From an uncultured delta proteobacterium (GTDB lineage: Bacteria > Desulfobacterota > Desulfobacteria > Desulfobacterales > UBA11574), in NCBI GenBank assembly GCA_963790095.1, contig CAWBNO010000013.1:30857-94856 (forward strand): 64,000 bases of DNA. The letters are read 5' to 3'. A program made the position numbers and the translations under genes. The notes below the pieces were generated by a model that did no database searches, was not told where the DNA came from, and saw nothing but the letters and a program-made list of their open reading frames with translations. Positions within the stretch are counted from its first letter, which is position 1; each line of letters begins with the position of its first letter. Shown here in pieces: positions 18,381 through 27,369 of this stretch.

Positions 18381-18433
18381 TTCCCGCAGCTTGTTGGAGT
18401 GAAACGGAAATCCCGCCAGCGGGGCTGCGGGGG
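18381..18433 (+). repeat. hairpin repeat H2
   Basis: TTCCCGCAGC pairs with GCTGCGGGGG. It differs from H1 by a compensatory T-A to C-G change in the outer stem. Confidence 0.85.
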
Positions 18434-18966
18434 TTTCATTAGCGTGGTGTTTATTTGACATTCCTCCAGAAATATTTGGTGGAGCGGATAGATACTGGTT
18501 GTCCAGAAGCGCCTCGGAAACAGAAAGCAATAAGAATGGCCGAAAAAATATGCATGAAATAAAAAACTTTCATGATGATACCGTAAATGTTACTAAATAA
18601 CCAGATTCCCCAAACCCTTAGAATCCCCCAAAAAGTCCAAGTTCAGATCAAGATTCAAACTGACCGAAAAAGATCGGCAGAATATCCGAGATAAAGGTAT
18701 CGACACCATCCGGCAGCACGCGATCGATTTTATCTCCGCAAGGATAGCGCCGCAGTTCCCAAAAAACGATGGCTAACAGACGCCAATGAGAGGTCACCTT
18801 GTTTTCATTGCTCAGCATGCCACGATAACTTGTTGCCGGGGTTGTATTCAGAAGTGGCATGGGATAAAGAAAGGAAAAGAGCTTTCAGATCAGGAGATAC
18901 AGTTTCTTGTTGAATTGATAATGAGATGGATTGAAAGATAAATCTGTTTTCCGAGCACAAGTTTTT

Positions 18967-20148
18967 ATGGACAAGCAAATTCAGTCAAAACACATCATTC
19001 ATTTGGACATGGATGCTTTTTATCCCTCGGTCGAGGTTCTGGACACTCCTGCTTTAAAAGGTAAACCGATCATAGTGGGGGGCAGCAAGGAAAGGGGCGT
19101 GGTATCATCTGCCTCATATGAAGCTCGGAAATTCGGGATTCATTCCGCCCAACCCATTGCGAAAGCAAAACGCCTTTGCCCCGGTGGGATTTTTTTGCCT
19201 GTCCGAATGTCAAGATATCAAGAAGTTTCTAAACAAGTCTTTGAAATATTTCATCGTTTCACGTCATTGGTTGAACCCCTATCTATTGATGAAGCATTTC
19301 TGGATGTAACAGGTTCCATCCGTCTTTTTGGTCAGCCCGAGAACATCGCAAAAAAGATTAAGCAAATAATTTTTTCAGAGACAGGTCTGACAATCTCGGC
19401 CGGTGTTGCGCCTTCAAAATTCGTGGCAAAGATTGCCTCTGACTTTGACAAACCTGACGGTTTAACCGTGGTACATCCCGATGGTGTTAGATATTTCTTA
19501 GATCCGCTTCCAGTCAAAAAAATGTGGGGGATTGGAAAAATGTTGCAGCGACGCTTAAGTCGCCTCAATATCCACACTTTTAAGGATCTGAGACAAACGC
19601 CGGTTGAGATATTGGAGAAAAATTTTGGAAAACAGGGGGCCAAAATACATCTTCTGGCCATGGGAATCGATGATCGAGAGGTTATACCGGAACATGACGT
19701 GAAGTCCATCGGTCATGAACAGACTTTTTCACAGGACATTATCTCTCTGGATTGGGCTGAAAAAGAGCTCCTTGCTTTGGGAAATAAAGTGGCTCGACGG
19801 ATGCGGCATAAGGGCCTAAAAGGAAAAACTGTCACATTGAAAGTCAAATATGGTGATTTTGTTCAGATCACCCGATCCGTAACCTTGCCCAAATCCACGG
19901 ATGACGGTTCGGAGATATATTCAGTTGCTTGTGGTCTTTTAAAAAAGACCGAGGCAACGAAAAAACCAATCCGGCTTTTAGGGATTTCTTTGTCTCATCT
20001 CAGTTTTTTTGGCACCGGGACCCAGCTTTCTCTTTTTGATCAAAACCCGTCATCTCAAAAACGTCAGAGATTGAATACAGTTTTAGATTCGGTATCCGAG
20101 AAATTTGGTGATGAAAGCGTTCTGCCTGGCACGCTTTTATACGATTAG
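18967..20148 (+). CDS. dinB: DNA polymerase IV (Y-family)
   Basis: IIHLDMDAFYPSVE, PIIVGG and SIDEAFLD motifs. First ATG at 18967; the ORF track starts at TTG 18931. Confidence 0.95.
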   Translation: MDKQIQSKHIIHLDMDAFYPSVEVLDTPALKGKPIIVGGSKERGVVSSASYEARKFGIHSAQPIAKAKRLCPGGIFLPVRMSRYQEVSKQVFEIFHRFTSLVEPLSIDEAFLDVTGSIRLFGQPENIAKKIKQIIFSETGLTISAGVAPSKFVAKIASDFDKPDGLTVVHPDGVRYFLDPLPVKKMWGIGKMLQRRLSRLNIHTFKDLRQTPVEILEKNFGKQGAKIHLLAMGIDDREVIPEHDVKSIGHEQTFSQDIISLDWAEKELLALGNKVARRMRHKGLKGKTVTLKVKYGDFVQITRSVTLPKSTDDGSEIYSVACGLLKKTEATKKPIRLLGISLSHLSFFGTGTQLSLFDQNPSSQKRQRLNTVLDSVSEKFGDESVLPGTLLYD

Positions 20149-20195
20149 ATTTGTTGTATTGGCATAAAGTGCCGACGATTTTTAATGGTCAAAAA

Positions 20196-20224
20196 CTGCA
20201 GGGTATTCAGGCGAAGGCGAATAA
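20196..20224. repeat. right arm of the perfect 29-bp inverted repeat
   Basis: CTGCAGGGTATTCAGGCGAAGGCGAATAA is the reverse complement of 18233-18261. Confidence 0.95.
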
Positions 20225-20409
20225 AGGATTCGTCGTTACATCGGCTTTCCCGCAGGTTAAACAAAAAGGAGATTTCATTTAACTATTTATAATTCACTTA
20301 TGAACGGATTATAACATGATAGGCTAAACCGGCATTATGTCCCGAACCATTTGACGATAATCAGCTTTCTTCATCAATTAGGGTTCTAATAATCCAGAAC
20401 GTAATAAGG

Positions 20410-20619
20410 GTGATTTTCGGCATGTCCCAATATCAGGAATGGAAAGATTTTAAATCAAGCATCGAAGGATATTTGAAAAAAAAGAAGATTCCAAATCTTC
20501 TTTTAATGGTTAAAAATAGGATCCCCGGAAAAGAAATGATTTGGATACTGGCAACCCTCGTGGTCACCGGTCTGGCGGTTTTTATGGTCATTTGGTTTTT
20601 CGTTGCGCCGAATTTTTAG
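20410..20619 (+). CDS. hypothetical small membrane protein
   Basis: 69-aa ORF with a C-terminal TM segment (WILATLVVTGLAVFMVIWFFV). It lies 18 nt before the next ORF. Confidence 0.35.
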   Translation: MIFGMSQYQEWKDFKSSIEGYLKKKKIPNLLLMVKNRIPGKEMIWILATLVVTGLAVFMVIWFFVAPNF

Positions 20620-20637
20620 AAGAAAAAGGTTTATAAT

Positions 20638-21447
20638 ATGTTGGATGAAAAAATCGTTGAACTGGCGTGCCGACGCACGCAACTGGAAATAAAAGAGCAA
20701 TGGGAACACCTCCGGAATGAACTCAATACCATAAAAACGAAGATGGCAGTACAGGGAGCCTTGGGTTCCGGCGCGACACTGGTTCGGATTACCGATATGT
20801 GCGCTCACGCCATCAACAATCGGGCGCATTTAATATGGCACACCCTGCATCGGTTTATTACCACCACGGGGATACAGTATTCCGATGAACTGTCTTCGGA
20901 GCTAAAGGCGTTGATCGCCCATGAACTGCCCGAAGACTTGTCTGATTTCAAAGGTTATATCAAAAACACCATCAAAATACTCAATGCCCCGAAAACGGCG
21001 GAAAAGCTGTTGGATCAGCTCGATAGTGCCAGAGATCATTCGCTGAACAAAATGGGAACTGAAATCGATTTGTTTGTACAATCATTAAAGAAAAAAAGCG
21101 AACTGTCTGAAACCGATGTGGAATCACAGATCTTCAACATGTATTCTCCCACAGGTCCCGTTCAGACCATCGGTGCGGAACTCGGCCGGCAACTGATAAA
21201 CGCTTTGGACGCGATAAAATCTGACATCAATCAACTCCAAGATCTGCCGGAACACCCCAAAAGTGAGATGGTCGAAATTATCCGAGATTGTTGCATTGAA
21301 CTTGAAAAAGACACGCCGAATATAATGAGATTGCGCAGTCTGTTAACCACGGTGGGCACATCGATTCAGAGCAATCACAGCCTGAAACCGGGGTATGAGG
21401 TGTTGAGGCAGGAACTTACGTACTTGGGTATATCCTTATCTTATTAA
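20638..21447 (+). CDS. hypothetical protein (269 aa, no recognisable motif)
   Basis: Long clean ORF in an AT-richer region, predicted to be helical and charged by eye. Confidence 0.5.
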   Translation: MLDEKIVELACRRTQLEIKEQWEHLRNELNTIKTKMAVQGALGSGATLVRITDMCAHAINNRAHLIWHTLHRFITTTGIQYSDELSSELKALIAHELPEDLSDFKGYIKNTIKILNAPKTAEKLLDQLDSARDHSLNKMGTEIDLFVQSLKKKSELSETDVESQIFNMYSPTGPVQTIGAELGRQLINALDAIKSDINQLQDLPEHPKSEMVEIIRDCCIELEKDTPNIMRLRSLLTTVGTSIQSNHSLKPGYEVLRQELTYLGISLSY

Positions 21448-21586
21448 GGAACTCAATGTAGCGTTTCAAAGGAAAGTGGACAGATTTAAGGTATAGGAAA
21501 GAGAAAAAAGGAAATAGGAAAGAGGGCAACCCGGATGACCAGGGGGCCGGGCAGGGGGTCTGCAAATGAAACTCTTAGGGTCCGTA

Positions 21587-22225
21587 TCAGCCGTTTTCCT
21601 TGACCTCGAGTTTCAGAAAAACCTGCCGGTGTTTCCATTCCAGGTGCCCTATTTTTTCCACCGTCAGGGGCGTACCGTCAATTTCTGCGGCCCGGCACCC
21701 CGGCCAGAAATAATCCGGAACTTTCTTGAAGAAATTTTCCATATGCTTTCCCCGGACCCAGATACCTTGCTTCAGAAGCCCAGGCCCCAGTTCCAATGCC
21801 ACGAGATTGAAAAGCTTCATCATCACGACGCCGTTTGCGACAGAATCGTGGCCGGCCTTATTCTGATGAGAAATTTGACGCCGCATGGCTGCATACGCAC
21901 CGCCCCGGCGCAACGTAGCCCCTGCCAACCCGGGCATTGCGGCTGAAAGGGCCAGGGTGGAATCCCGCCGGATCACAGCGGTGTCCACATCGTCCACAGT
22001 TTTTCCATCCAGAAATATCGTTTGAATCCGCTGATCGACATAGTCTGAACGTACACCCAGTTGTCCGCACAGCAGTTCTCGCAGGGAGCATCCTGTCCGG
22101 ACTTTGAGTGTAAAACCCTGTCCGAGCAGTGAGGAAAAAAGTGAAAGGCGGTCCGATTCTACGGTCAGCTTCAAGTTTAAAGTTGAATAATTTTCAGGTT
22201 CCGGTGCCATGGGCCTCTTTAACAC
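21587..22225 (-). CDS. hypothetical protein co-transcribed with AOR; N-terminal part may be a MoaD/ThiS-like beta-grasp domain
   Basis: 212-aa ORF starting 62 nt after the AOR stop. The segment LKLTV...GCSLRELL...IFLDGKTVDDVDTAVIRRDSTLALSAAMPG resembles ThiS/MoaD-like layouts by eye only. Confidence 0.5.
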   Translation of the reverse strand: MLKRPMAPEPENYSTLNLKLTVESDRLSLFSSLLGQGFTLKVRTGCSLRELLCGQLGVRSDYVDQRIQTIFLDGKTVDDVDTAVIRRDSTLALSAAMPGLAGATLRRGGAYAAMRRQISHQNKAGHDSVANGVVMMKLFNLVALELGPGLLKQGIWVRGKHMENFFKKVPDYFWPGCRAAEIDGTPLTVEKIGHLEWKHRQVFLKLEVKENG

Positions 22226-22287
22226 ACATTAAAATGGGGGACCCCTTGCGGGACCCCCCATGGGATTACCATCGAATACAAGGGATT

Positions 22288-24024
22288 TTACCAGTTAAAG
22301 ACCCGGTCAAGATCTTCATCTTTGACGTCAAACGTTACATTGTGGGGCGGGAGCGGCTCTGTCTTGAAGAAATCGGGCAGACGGTCGTCCTTTTGGGTAA
22401 AGCCGGCCCGAGAATTGAAATCCCTTTCAAAGGTAAGGATCGTTTTCCCCAGTTCGGTGACGTCGTCAGCGGTGAGGTTCTGGCCGGTAAATGCGCCGAT
22501 CATGTCAACAAGGGCTTCAAATGTTTCCGGCTGATCCAGAATTGCAAAGGCGATAAACAGGCACATTCCGGTGGCGTCGATGGCGGCCGTTGCGATCTGA
22601 AGATTCCTGGAGAGCTCTACCTGCCCTTCGGAGTTTAGGGGGTCTACACTGCCCCCAACATTGAGAACGTTGGCGGTGACCGCATAACCGGCCGTGTGAT
22701 CGGCCCCCATGGTGGTGGTGGCGTAGGTGACCCCCATCCCCTGAACAGACCGGGGATCATAGGCCGGCAAGGCCTGCCCTTTGACCACAGGAACCCTTTC
22801 AACTCCAAAGACCTTACCGGTTACGGCGGCACCGTTCCCGATAATGCGGCCCAGGGGGGATCCTTTCCCGACCTCCTTCAGAAGATTAATGGCGGCTTCG
22901 GCATCACCGAACTTGGCCACCCCCCCTTCCATGGCCACACCGATGGCGGCACCCATTTCAATGGTATCGAGTCCGTAATCGTCGTCCAGACGATCGAGTT
23001 CGGCGATGGCGTCCATGTCATCGATACCGCAGTTTCCACCGTGGGCCCAGACGGTTTCATATTCCGGTCTCTTGGTAACAAAGTTGCCGTCTTTATCATT
23101 GTAGATGCCCGAGCAGCGGATAACGCAGCCTTTGTGGCAGCCGTGGGCAACCATGCCCCCCCGAGCCTTCATGATTTCCGACTGGGTTTCGCCGCTGATG
23201 TTGCTGGCACCGTCAAACCGGCCGGTTTTAAAGTTATGGGTGGGCAATGCCCCGGCTTCGTTAATGACATTGGTCAAAATGTTGGTCCCGAAGGAAGGGA
23301 GTCCCTCACCGGTTATGGGATGCTTCTTAAGACCCTGGACAAACGCCTTATTGGCTGCTTTAAATTTTTCCGGGTCCTTGGGACTACGGGCGGCCATACC
23401 GGTGTCGTCCAGCACGATGACTTTAACGCCTTTGGATCCCATTACAGCGCCGACACCCCCCCGACCTGCATGCCGGGTGGGTCTCTGCTCCACGTCGGTG
23501 AAGGCGACGGAAGCGGCGGCCATTTTCATTTCACCCGCAGGTCCAATGGAGATACAGGCAACCTTGTCGCCGTATGCTTCCCGGATCGTGTCGATGAGAT
23601 CGTAGTTCCCCATCATCTTCAAACTGTTGTCAGGGGTGATATCTACACCATCTTTGTTGATGACAATTTTATAGAGGGTATCGTCACCGGGTTTTCCTTC
23701 GAGTACTATGGCGGCATATCCGAGCCGGGCGAGGACTTGAGCACCTTGTCCCCCGGAATTGGCTTCTTTGATTCCGCCGGTGAGCGGGCTTTTGCAGCCC
23801 ACCGAAACGCGTCCTGATTGAGCGGCGTGGCTCCCGCTCAACAGCCCGGGGGCAATGACCAGTTTATTGTTTTTTCCGAGGGGATGGCACAACGGTGGTA
23901 CTTCTTTGGCGACAATGGCCGAGGTCATACCGCGGCCGGCCAAACCGGCGTAGTTGCCCAGGGGTTCTTCACTGGCTTTCGGTCCACCGTCCATCCCCAT
24001 GTCGATTCTCAAGAGTTTGTCCAT
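22288..24024 (-). CDS. tungsten-type aldehyde:ferredoxin oxidoreductase (AOR family)
   Basis: 578 aa. AOR N-domain (MDKLLRIDM...GLAGRGMTSAIV...KSPLTGG) and C-terminal pterin/FeS-binding regions (DATGMCLF). Confidence 0.93.
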   Translation of the reverse strand: MDKLLRIDMGMDGGPKASEEPLGNYAGLAGRGMTSAIVAKEVPPLCHPLGKNNKLVIAPGLLSGSHAAQSGRVSVGCKSPLTGGIKEANSGGQGAQVLARLGYAAIVLEGKPGDDTLYKIVINKDGVDITPDNSLKMMGNYDLIDTIREAYGDKVACISIGPAGEMKMAAASVAFTDVEQRPTRHAGRGGVGAVMGSKGVKVIVLDDTGMAARSPKDPEKFKAANKAFVQGLKKHPITGEGLPSFGTNILTNVINEAGALPTHNFKTGRFDGASNISGETQSEIMKARGGMVAHGCHKGCVIRCSGIYNDKDGNFVTKRPEYETVWAHGGNCGIDDMDAIAELDRLDDDYGLDTIEMGAAIGVAMEGGVAKFGDAEAAINLLKEVGKGSPLGRIIGNGAAVTGKVFGVERVPVVKGQALPAYDPRSVQGMGVTYATTTMGADHTAGYAVTANVLNVGGSVDPLNSEGQVELSRNLQIATAAIDATGMCLFIAFAILDQPETFEALVDMIGAFTGQNLTADDVTELGKTILTFERDFNSRAGFTQKDDRLPDFFKTEPLPPHNVTFDVKDEDLDRVFNW

Positions 24025-24110
24025 GGTTCCCTTCCTTTCATTCGTTCAAATTAGGTAGAAGGTAATCGGGCCCTACTAAAAAATCCTTTGTACGGCCGAG
24101 CACTGCTTTG

Positions 24111-24138
24111 AGTTTATCGCAGTTATCCGGAATGTCAA
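24111..24138 (-). promoter_or_regulatory. candidate sigma70 promoter for AOR
   Basis: TTGACA (24138-24133), 16-nt spacer, TAAACT (24116-24111). It lies between family-A copy 2 and the AOR ATG. Confidence 0.35.
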
Positions 24139-24164
24139 GCAAAACCATAATTCGCTAAAGGGCA

Positions 24165-24436
24165 GGGCAAAAGCATTTGAATCCCAATAGAGAGAGAACG
24201 CTCCACGGCGGCGCATATCTCTTTCCAACCGACTGGAACTTGTGCTTAAGCACCCGTAAGCCCGAGCCGTGCGAAGGTTATAAAGAATAATTCGTCAAAA
24301 ACATATCCGATGGATGTTTTAAATCATAATTTCATTCGGCTCGGTCTAACGTGTGCTAAAGCCCTTCAAACAGCCAGTCGGTTTCCAAGAGAAACACGCC
24401 GTCGCTTTGCTGTAACGAAATCAAATGCGTTAACCC
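24165..24436 (-). repeat. Family-A structured repeat, copy 2
   Basis: Aligns end to end with 190-459 (roughly nine in ten positions by eye), same strand. It lies 140 nt upstream of the AOR start. Confidence 0.85.
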
Positions 24437-24586
24437 TGCGCTAAAGAGGTAACCGCATTGAAAAAAAATATGATTTATGAGATAGTCCCGGCAGGTATGG
24501 AAAAACATCGATCATGGAGAAACGGTGAGGATTGATCCGGGGAAACCTTTATCCCAGAATTGAAGGTGTACATTTTTAATCATTTT

Positions 24587-24901
24587 ATGAAACAGCTAAC
24601 CAAGAAAATTATTGTGATTTTTATCATTGCCCTGGTTCATTTGGGTGTCTGCAGAACAGTCGTGGCCATAGGGTTGGTCGGCACATCGGGGGATGCTTTT
24701 AACGGGGAGATGTCCGTGTGGGTCAAGATTATGATCTGGATGACAAAGGTGTTATATTTCCCGATTGTTTCTCTTTCACTCTATTCAAGGCAATGGTTTC
24801 CGGGGAAATTGATAACCATACCCATTTTCACGAACAGTCTGCTGTGGGCGTTAGTGATTTATTTTGCGGTTCGCTGTTTGTCAAAAATATTAAAACCCTA
24901 A
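24587..24901 (+). CDS. hypothetical membrane protein
   Basis: ORF with 3 hydrophobic segments. ATG 24587; the track starts at TTG 24560. Confidence 0.4.
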   Translation: MKQLTKKIIVIFIIALVHLGVCRTVVAIGLVGTSGDAFNGEMSVWVKIMIWMTKVLYFPIVSLSLYSRQWFPGKLITIPIFTNSLLWALVIYFAVRCLSKILKP

Positions 24902-24986
24902 TCGATGGTAAAAATACTGGGAGAAATATTAACCGTATTTAGATGGTTGTAAATTTCCCAGATACCAATGAATTTTCACAAGCCTT

Positions 24987-25268
24987 TTAGGTATTAATTT
25001 CATCCCTCAGGCTGGCCGAACATTTAAAGGTGACAACCTTTCTTGCCGAGAGCATCATATCTTCCCCGGTTGCAGGATTTCTGCCCCGTCGCGAATCCTT
25101 GTCCTTTACGCAGAATTTTCCAAATCCACTGATCAGGACATCGTCGCCGGATGCAAGGGTGCCTTTGAGGATTTCCAAAAGGGATTCCACCAAGTCGGTG
25201 GACTTCTTCATGGTGAATCCGTTTCGGCTGCTGATTTCTTCGATGATTTGAGCTTTTGTGAGTGCCAT
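24987..25268 (-). CDS. HU/IHF-family DNA-binding protein
   Basis: 93 aa: MALTKAQIIEEI...GFGKFCVKDKDSRRGRNPATGEDMMLSARKVVTFKCS. Confidence 0.92.
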   Translation of the reverse strand: MALTKAQIIEEISSRNGFTMKKSTDLVESLLEILKGTLASGDDVLISGFGKFCVKDKDSRRGRNPATGEDMMLSARKVVTFKCSASLRDEINT

Positions 25269-25288
25269 AGTGTGTTGCTCCTTATTGT

Positions 25289-25669
25289 CTAAATAATCCA
25301 GGAAAGAATTGCCGTTCCAAGAATTAACGTAATAATCCCAAAAAACCTGTAGGTTTGATCAGATACCGAGTTTAAGTACCAGTCGATAATTTTATCATAC
25401 AGATTGTTCGGGTTCCAGAATATAAACCCCCCTTTCAATAGGGCCAAAATTCCAAAAAGCCTTATCATCCAAGACTGACGGGCCCATGCTGCCGAAAATA
25501 AGAGCAGAATTCCGATGACGGCCGGTAACGCACAGAGAATTCTACGATCAATATTTTTGACCAACTGTTTGAACACCTTCCTGGATTCATGTGAATAAAG
25601 AATCATCCAGGCACCGCTTCCAATCCAGATCAAAGCAATCACATAAAGAAACCATTTCATGTTCGACAC
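25289..25669 (-). CDS. hypothetical membrane protein (4 TM)
   Basis: 126-aa hydrophobic ORF, 20 nt downstream of the HU/IHF gene on the same strand. Confidence 0.55.
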   Translation of the reverse strand: MSNMKWFLYVIALIWIGSGAWMILYSHESRKVFKQLVKNIDRRILCALPAVIGILLLFSAAWARQSWMIRLFGILALLKGGFIFWNPNNLYDKIIDWYLNSVSDQTYRFFGIITLILGTAILSWII

Positions 25670-25869
25670 CTTTACCGATGAGAAGTAAAAATTGATAGAG
25701 AAAAATCCGTATGGTGTTATAAAAATAGCATATTTTCAGGTCTAACAGGTTTTGTCAAGATCTGATCTGCCATTTGGCAGGGCAAACGTTTTTAAAATTT
25801 TGCATGGGACAAGAAGATCTTCCCGGCCCAAGGGAAACGTTTTGTATCTTCCGGGGATGTCCGGGACAG

Positions 25870-25925
25870 GTTCCTGCCCCATAGGGATTTCTCCCATTAA
25901 AATGAACCTTCTGCTCTATGGACAA
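25870..25925. repeat. Family-E repeat, copy 2
   Basis: Aligns with 15591-15659. Confidence 0.65.
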
Positions 25926-26076
25926 TGAGAATAATAATTTGATAAATATCAAATGAATTTGAATTCTGAGCGAACAGTTCTTGAATAAGGACGTTATAAA
26001 TAATGAAATTAGCAGGTTATGGCTATATTCGTCGGCAGTAATTTTGTGAAATTCGGGGTCGGAGGTTTCATGTCAG

Positions 26077-26391
26077 ATGGAAAAAAGAATCGATGATCGA
26101 CGTAAATGCGACGCGTCCATTGTTTGCACATATTTTAATAAAGAAAATGTTTGCAATGCCAAAATGCTAAACTATAGTCGGGATGGTATGTATTTCGAGT
26201 CCGATTCTCTGTTTAAAGAGGGGAGCAACATTTTCTTCAAAATAAAAAATTGCCTGTTTGCCCCTTCTGATCCGGACCTCTTCGAGGGCCTTCGAACCGC
26301 ATCCCTCGCTCAGGTAAAGTGGTGCAAAGATATGGGCGAAAAAGACGCCTCTCATTTCGGAATCGGTGTTAAATATTATAGAGAATTTTAG
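26077..26391 (+). CDS. PilZ-domain protein
   Basis: DDRRKCD and LNYSRDGMYF match the RxxxR / (D/N)xSxxG c-di-GMP-binding motifs. Confidence 0.75.
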   Translation: MEKRIDDRRKCDASIVCTYFNKENVCNAKMLNYSRDGMYFESDSLFKEGSNIFFKIKNCLFAPSDPDLFEGLRTASLAQVKWCKDMGEKDASHFGIGVKYYREF

Positions 26392-26682
26392 TTCATTTCT
26401 TCCTGTCCTATACAAGCCCAACCCGGCCCTTGTGAAGTGGAGTTCCTTTCTTTATTAATACGGAAGCGGGAAACGGAAAAGACTCCTCATCGCGAAAGCA
26501 CCCCAGAACGATACCGCTTCAGCGGGACCTACGGGGCTGGCAAAAATACGAAAACACGAAAAAGGAAATGGTAAAATTTCGTGTTTTCGTGCTTGATTTT
26601 AATTTTTTGCCAGACAAAGCAAAATAATTACAACGAAGGGAATAAATAGGCAGAAATATCTTTTGGTTTTAGTGAGATAACA

Positions 26683-27042
26683 ATGGCCAATATCCTTGTT
26701 ATAGATGATCAGCTATGGATCAAAAATCTATGCCGGGAAGCCCTGGCCGACCAGGGGCATACCGTGTCAACGACGGATAATATCGAGGCTGTCATGGAGA
26801 ATGTTTTATCTTTCAAGCCCCAAATTGTCCTACTGAATCAGTATCTTAAGCGAGGTTTCCTCGTGTGGGATGTTTTGAGGAACATAAAAATGCGATACCC
26901 CAGCCTCCCGGTGCTCATCGTTACAGCCCACGACACCCACCTGAATGATCTTCAACTTTCCCAAGCGGACGGCTATCTGGTCCAAAGCCACTTGGCAGCC
27001 GAGGAACTCAAGCAAAAAATCTCAGAGTTATTGTCCCTTTAA
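26683..27042 (+). CDS. stand-alone receiver-domain protein, apparently lacking the phospho-acceptor Asp
   Basis: CheY-like fold (ILVIDDQ..., PVLIVTAHD). Asn stands where the acceptor Asp is expected (IVLLNQYL) and Gln where the conserved Lys is expected (GYLVQS), from by-eye alignment. Confidence 0.75.
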   Translation: MANILVIDDQLWIKNLCREALADQGHTVSTTDNIEAVMENVLSFKPQIVLLNQYLKRGFLVWDVLRNIKMRYPSLPVLIVTAHDTHLNDLQLSQADGYLVQSHLAAEELKQKISELLSL

Positions 27043-27213
27043 CCGATCCCTCCGGAATAGGCCGTGAATTTTCACCTAAAACCGGGTGCTTTGCACCCGG
27101 TAGCCAAAAAGGCCAGTCACTTGTTTTATGGGGGGGCTTTGACTCAAGGAGAAAACGTCGTTTCCCTGTGATAACTCCAAACGCCGGTGCTTTGCTTACC
27201 GGCACCTTTTTCT

Positions 27214-27242
27214 TTGACACCCATTTTCCATTGAATTATATT
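27214..27242 (+). promoter_or_regulatory. strong sigma70-type promoter ahead of the glycogen genes
   Basis: TTGACA (27214-27219), exact 17-nt spacer, TATATT (27237-27242). It lies about 125 nt before ATG 27370. Confidence 0.55.
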
Positions 27243-27369
27243 TACGCTTTATTGCCTGATCGGGAAGGTTCTATTCAGCGTTCCGGCGCCCAGGAGAGTT
27301 TTTGTTTCAACGGAGTTTCAGGGAACCTTCAATGGAACTCCCCCATTTAAAAAGAAAAAGTGAGGCCTA

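Noticed and set aside
18254-18433. Possible mini-CRISPR array (two ~48-nt repeats separated by ~80 nt)
   Set aside because: Only two repeats are present. The repeat length and ~128-nt period are atypical. The repeats are long perfect hairpins of REP type. No cas genes or leader are present in the window.
18648-18860. 70-aa minus-strand ORF between the hairpin repeats and dinB as a real gene
   Set aside because: No SD and no recognisable motif. It is kept only as a note within the inverted-repeat finding.
20120-20150. TGGCACGCTTTTATACG at the dinB 3' end, and other TGGCAC hits (31840, 34920, 35330 reverse complement, 56070), as additional sigma54 promoters
   Set aside because: All lack a correctly spaced TTGC/-12 GC element or lie inside coding sequence in implausible contexts.
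15476-21560. Intact prophage or integrative element at tRNA-Glu
   Set aside because: No integrase, excisionase, phage structural genes or duplicated tRNA 3' end were found. Only an AT-rich remnant-like stretch is supportable.
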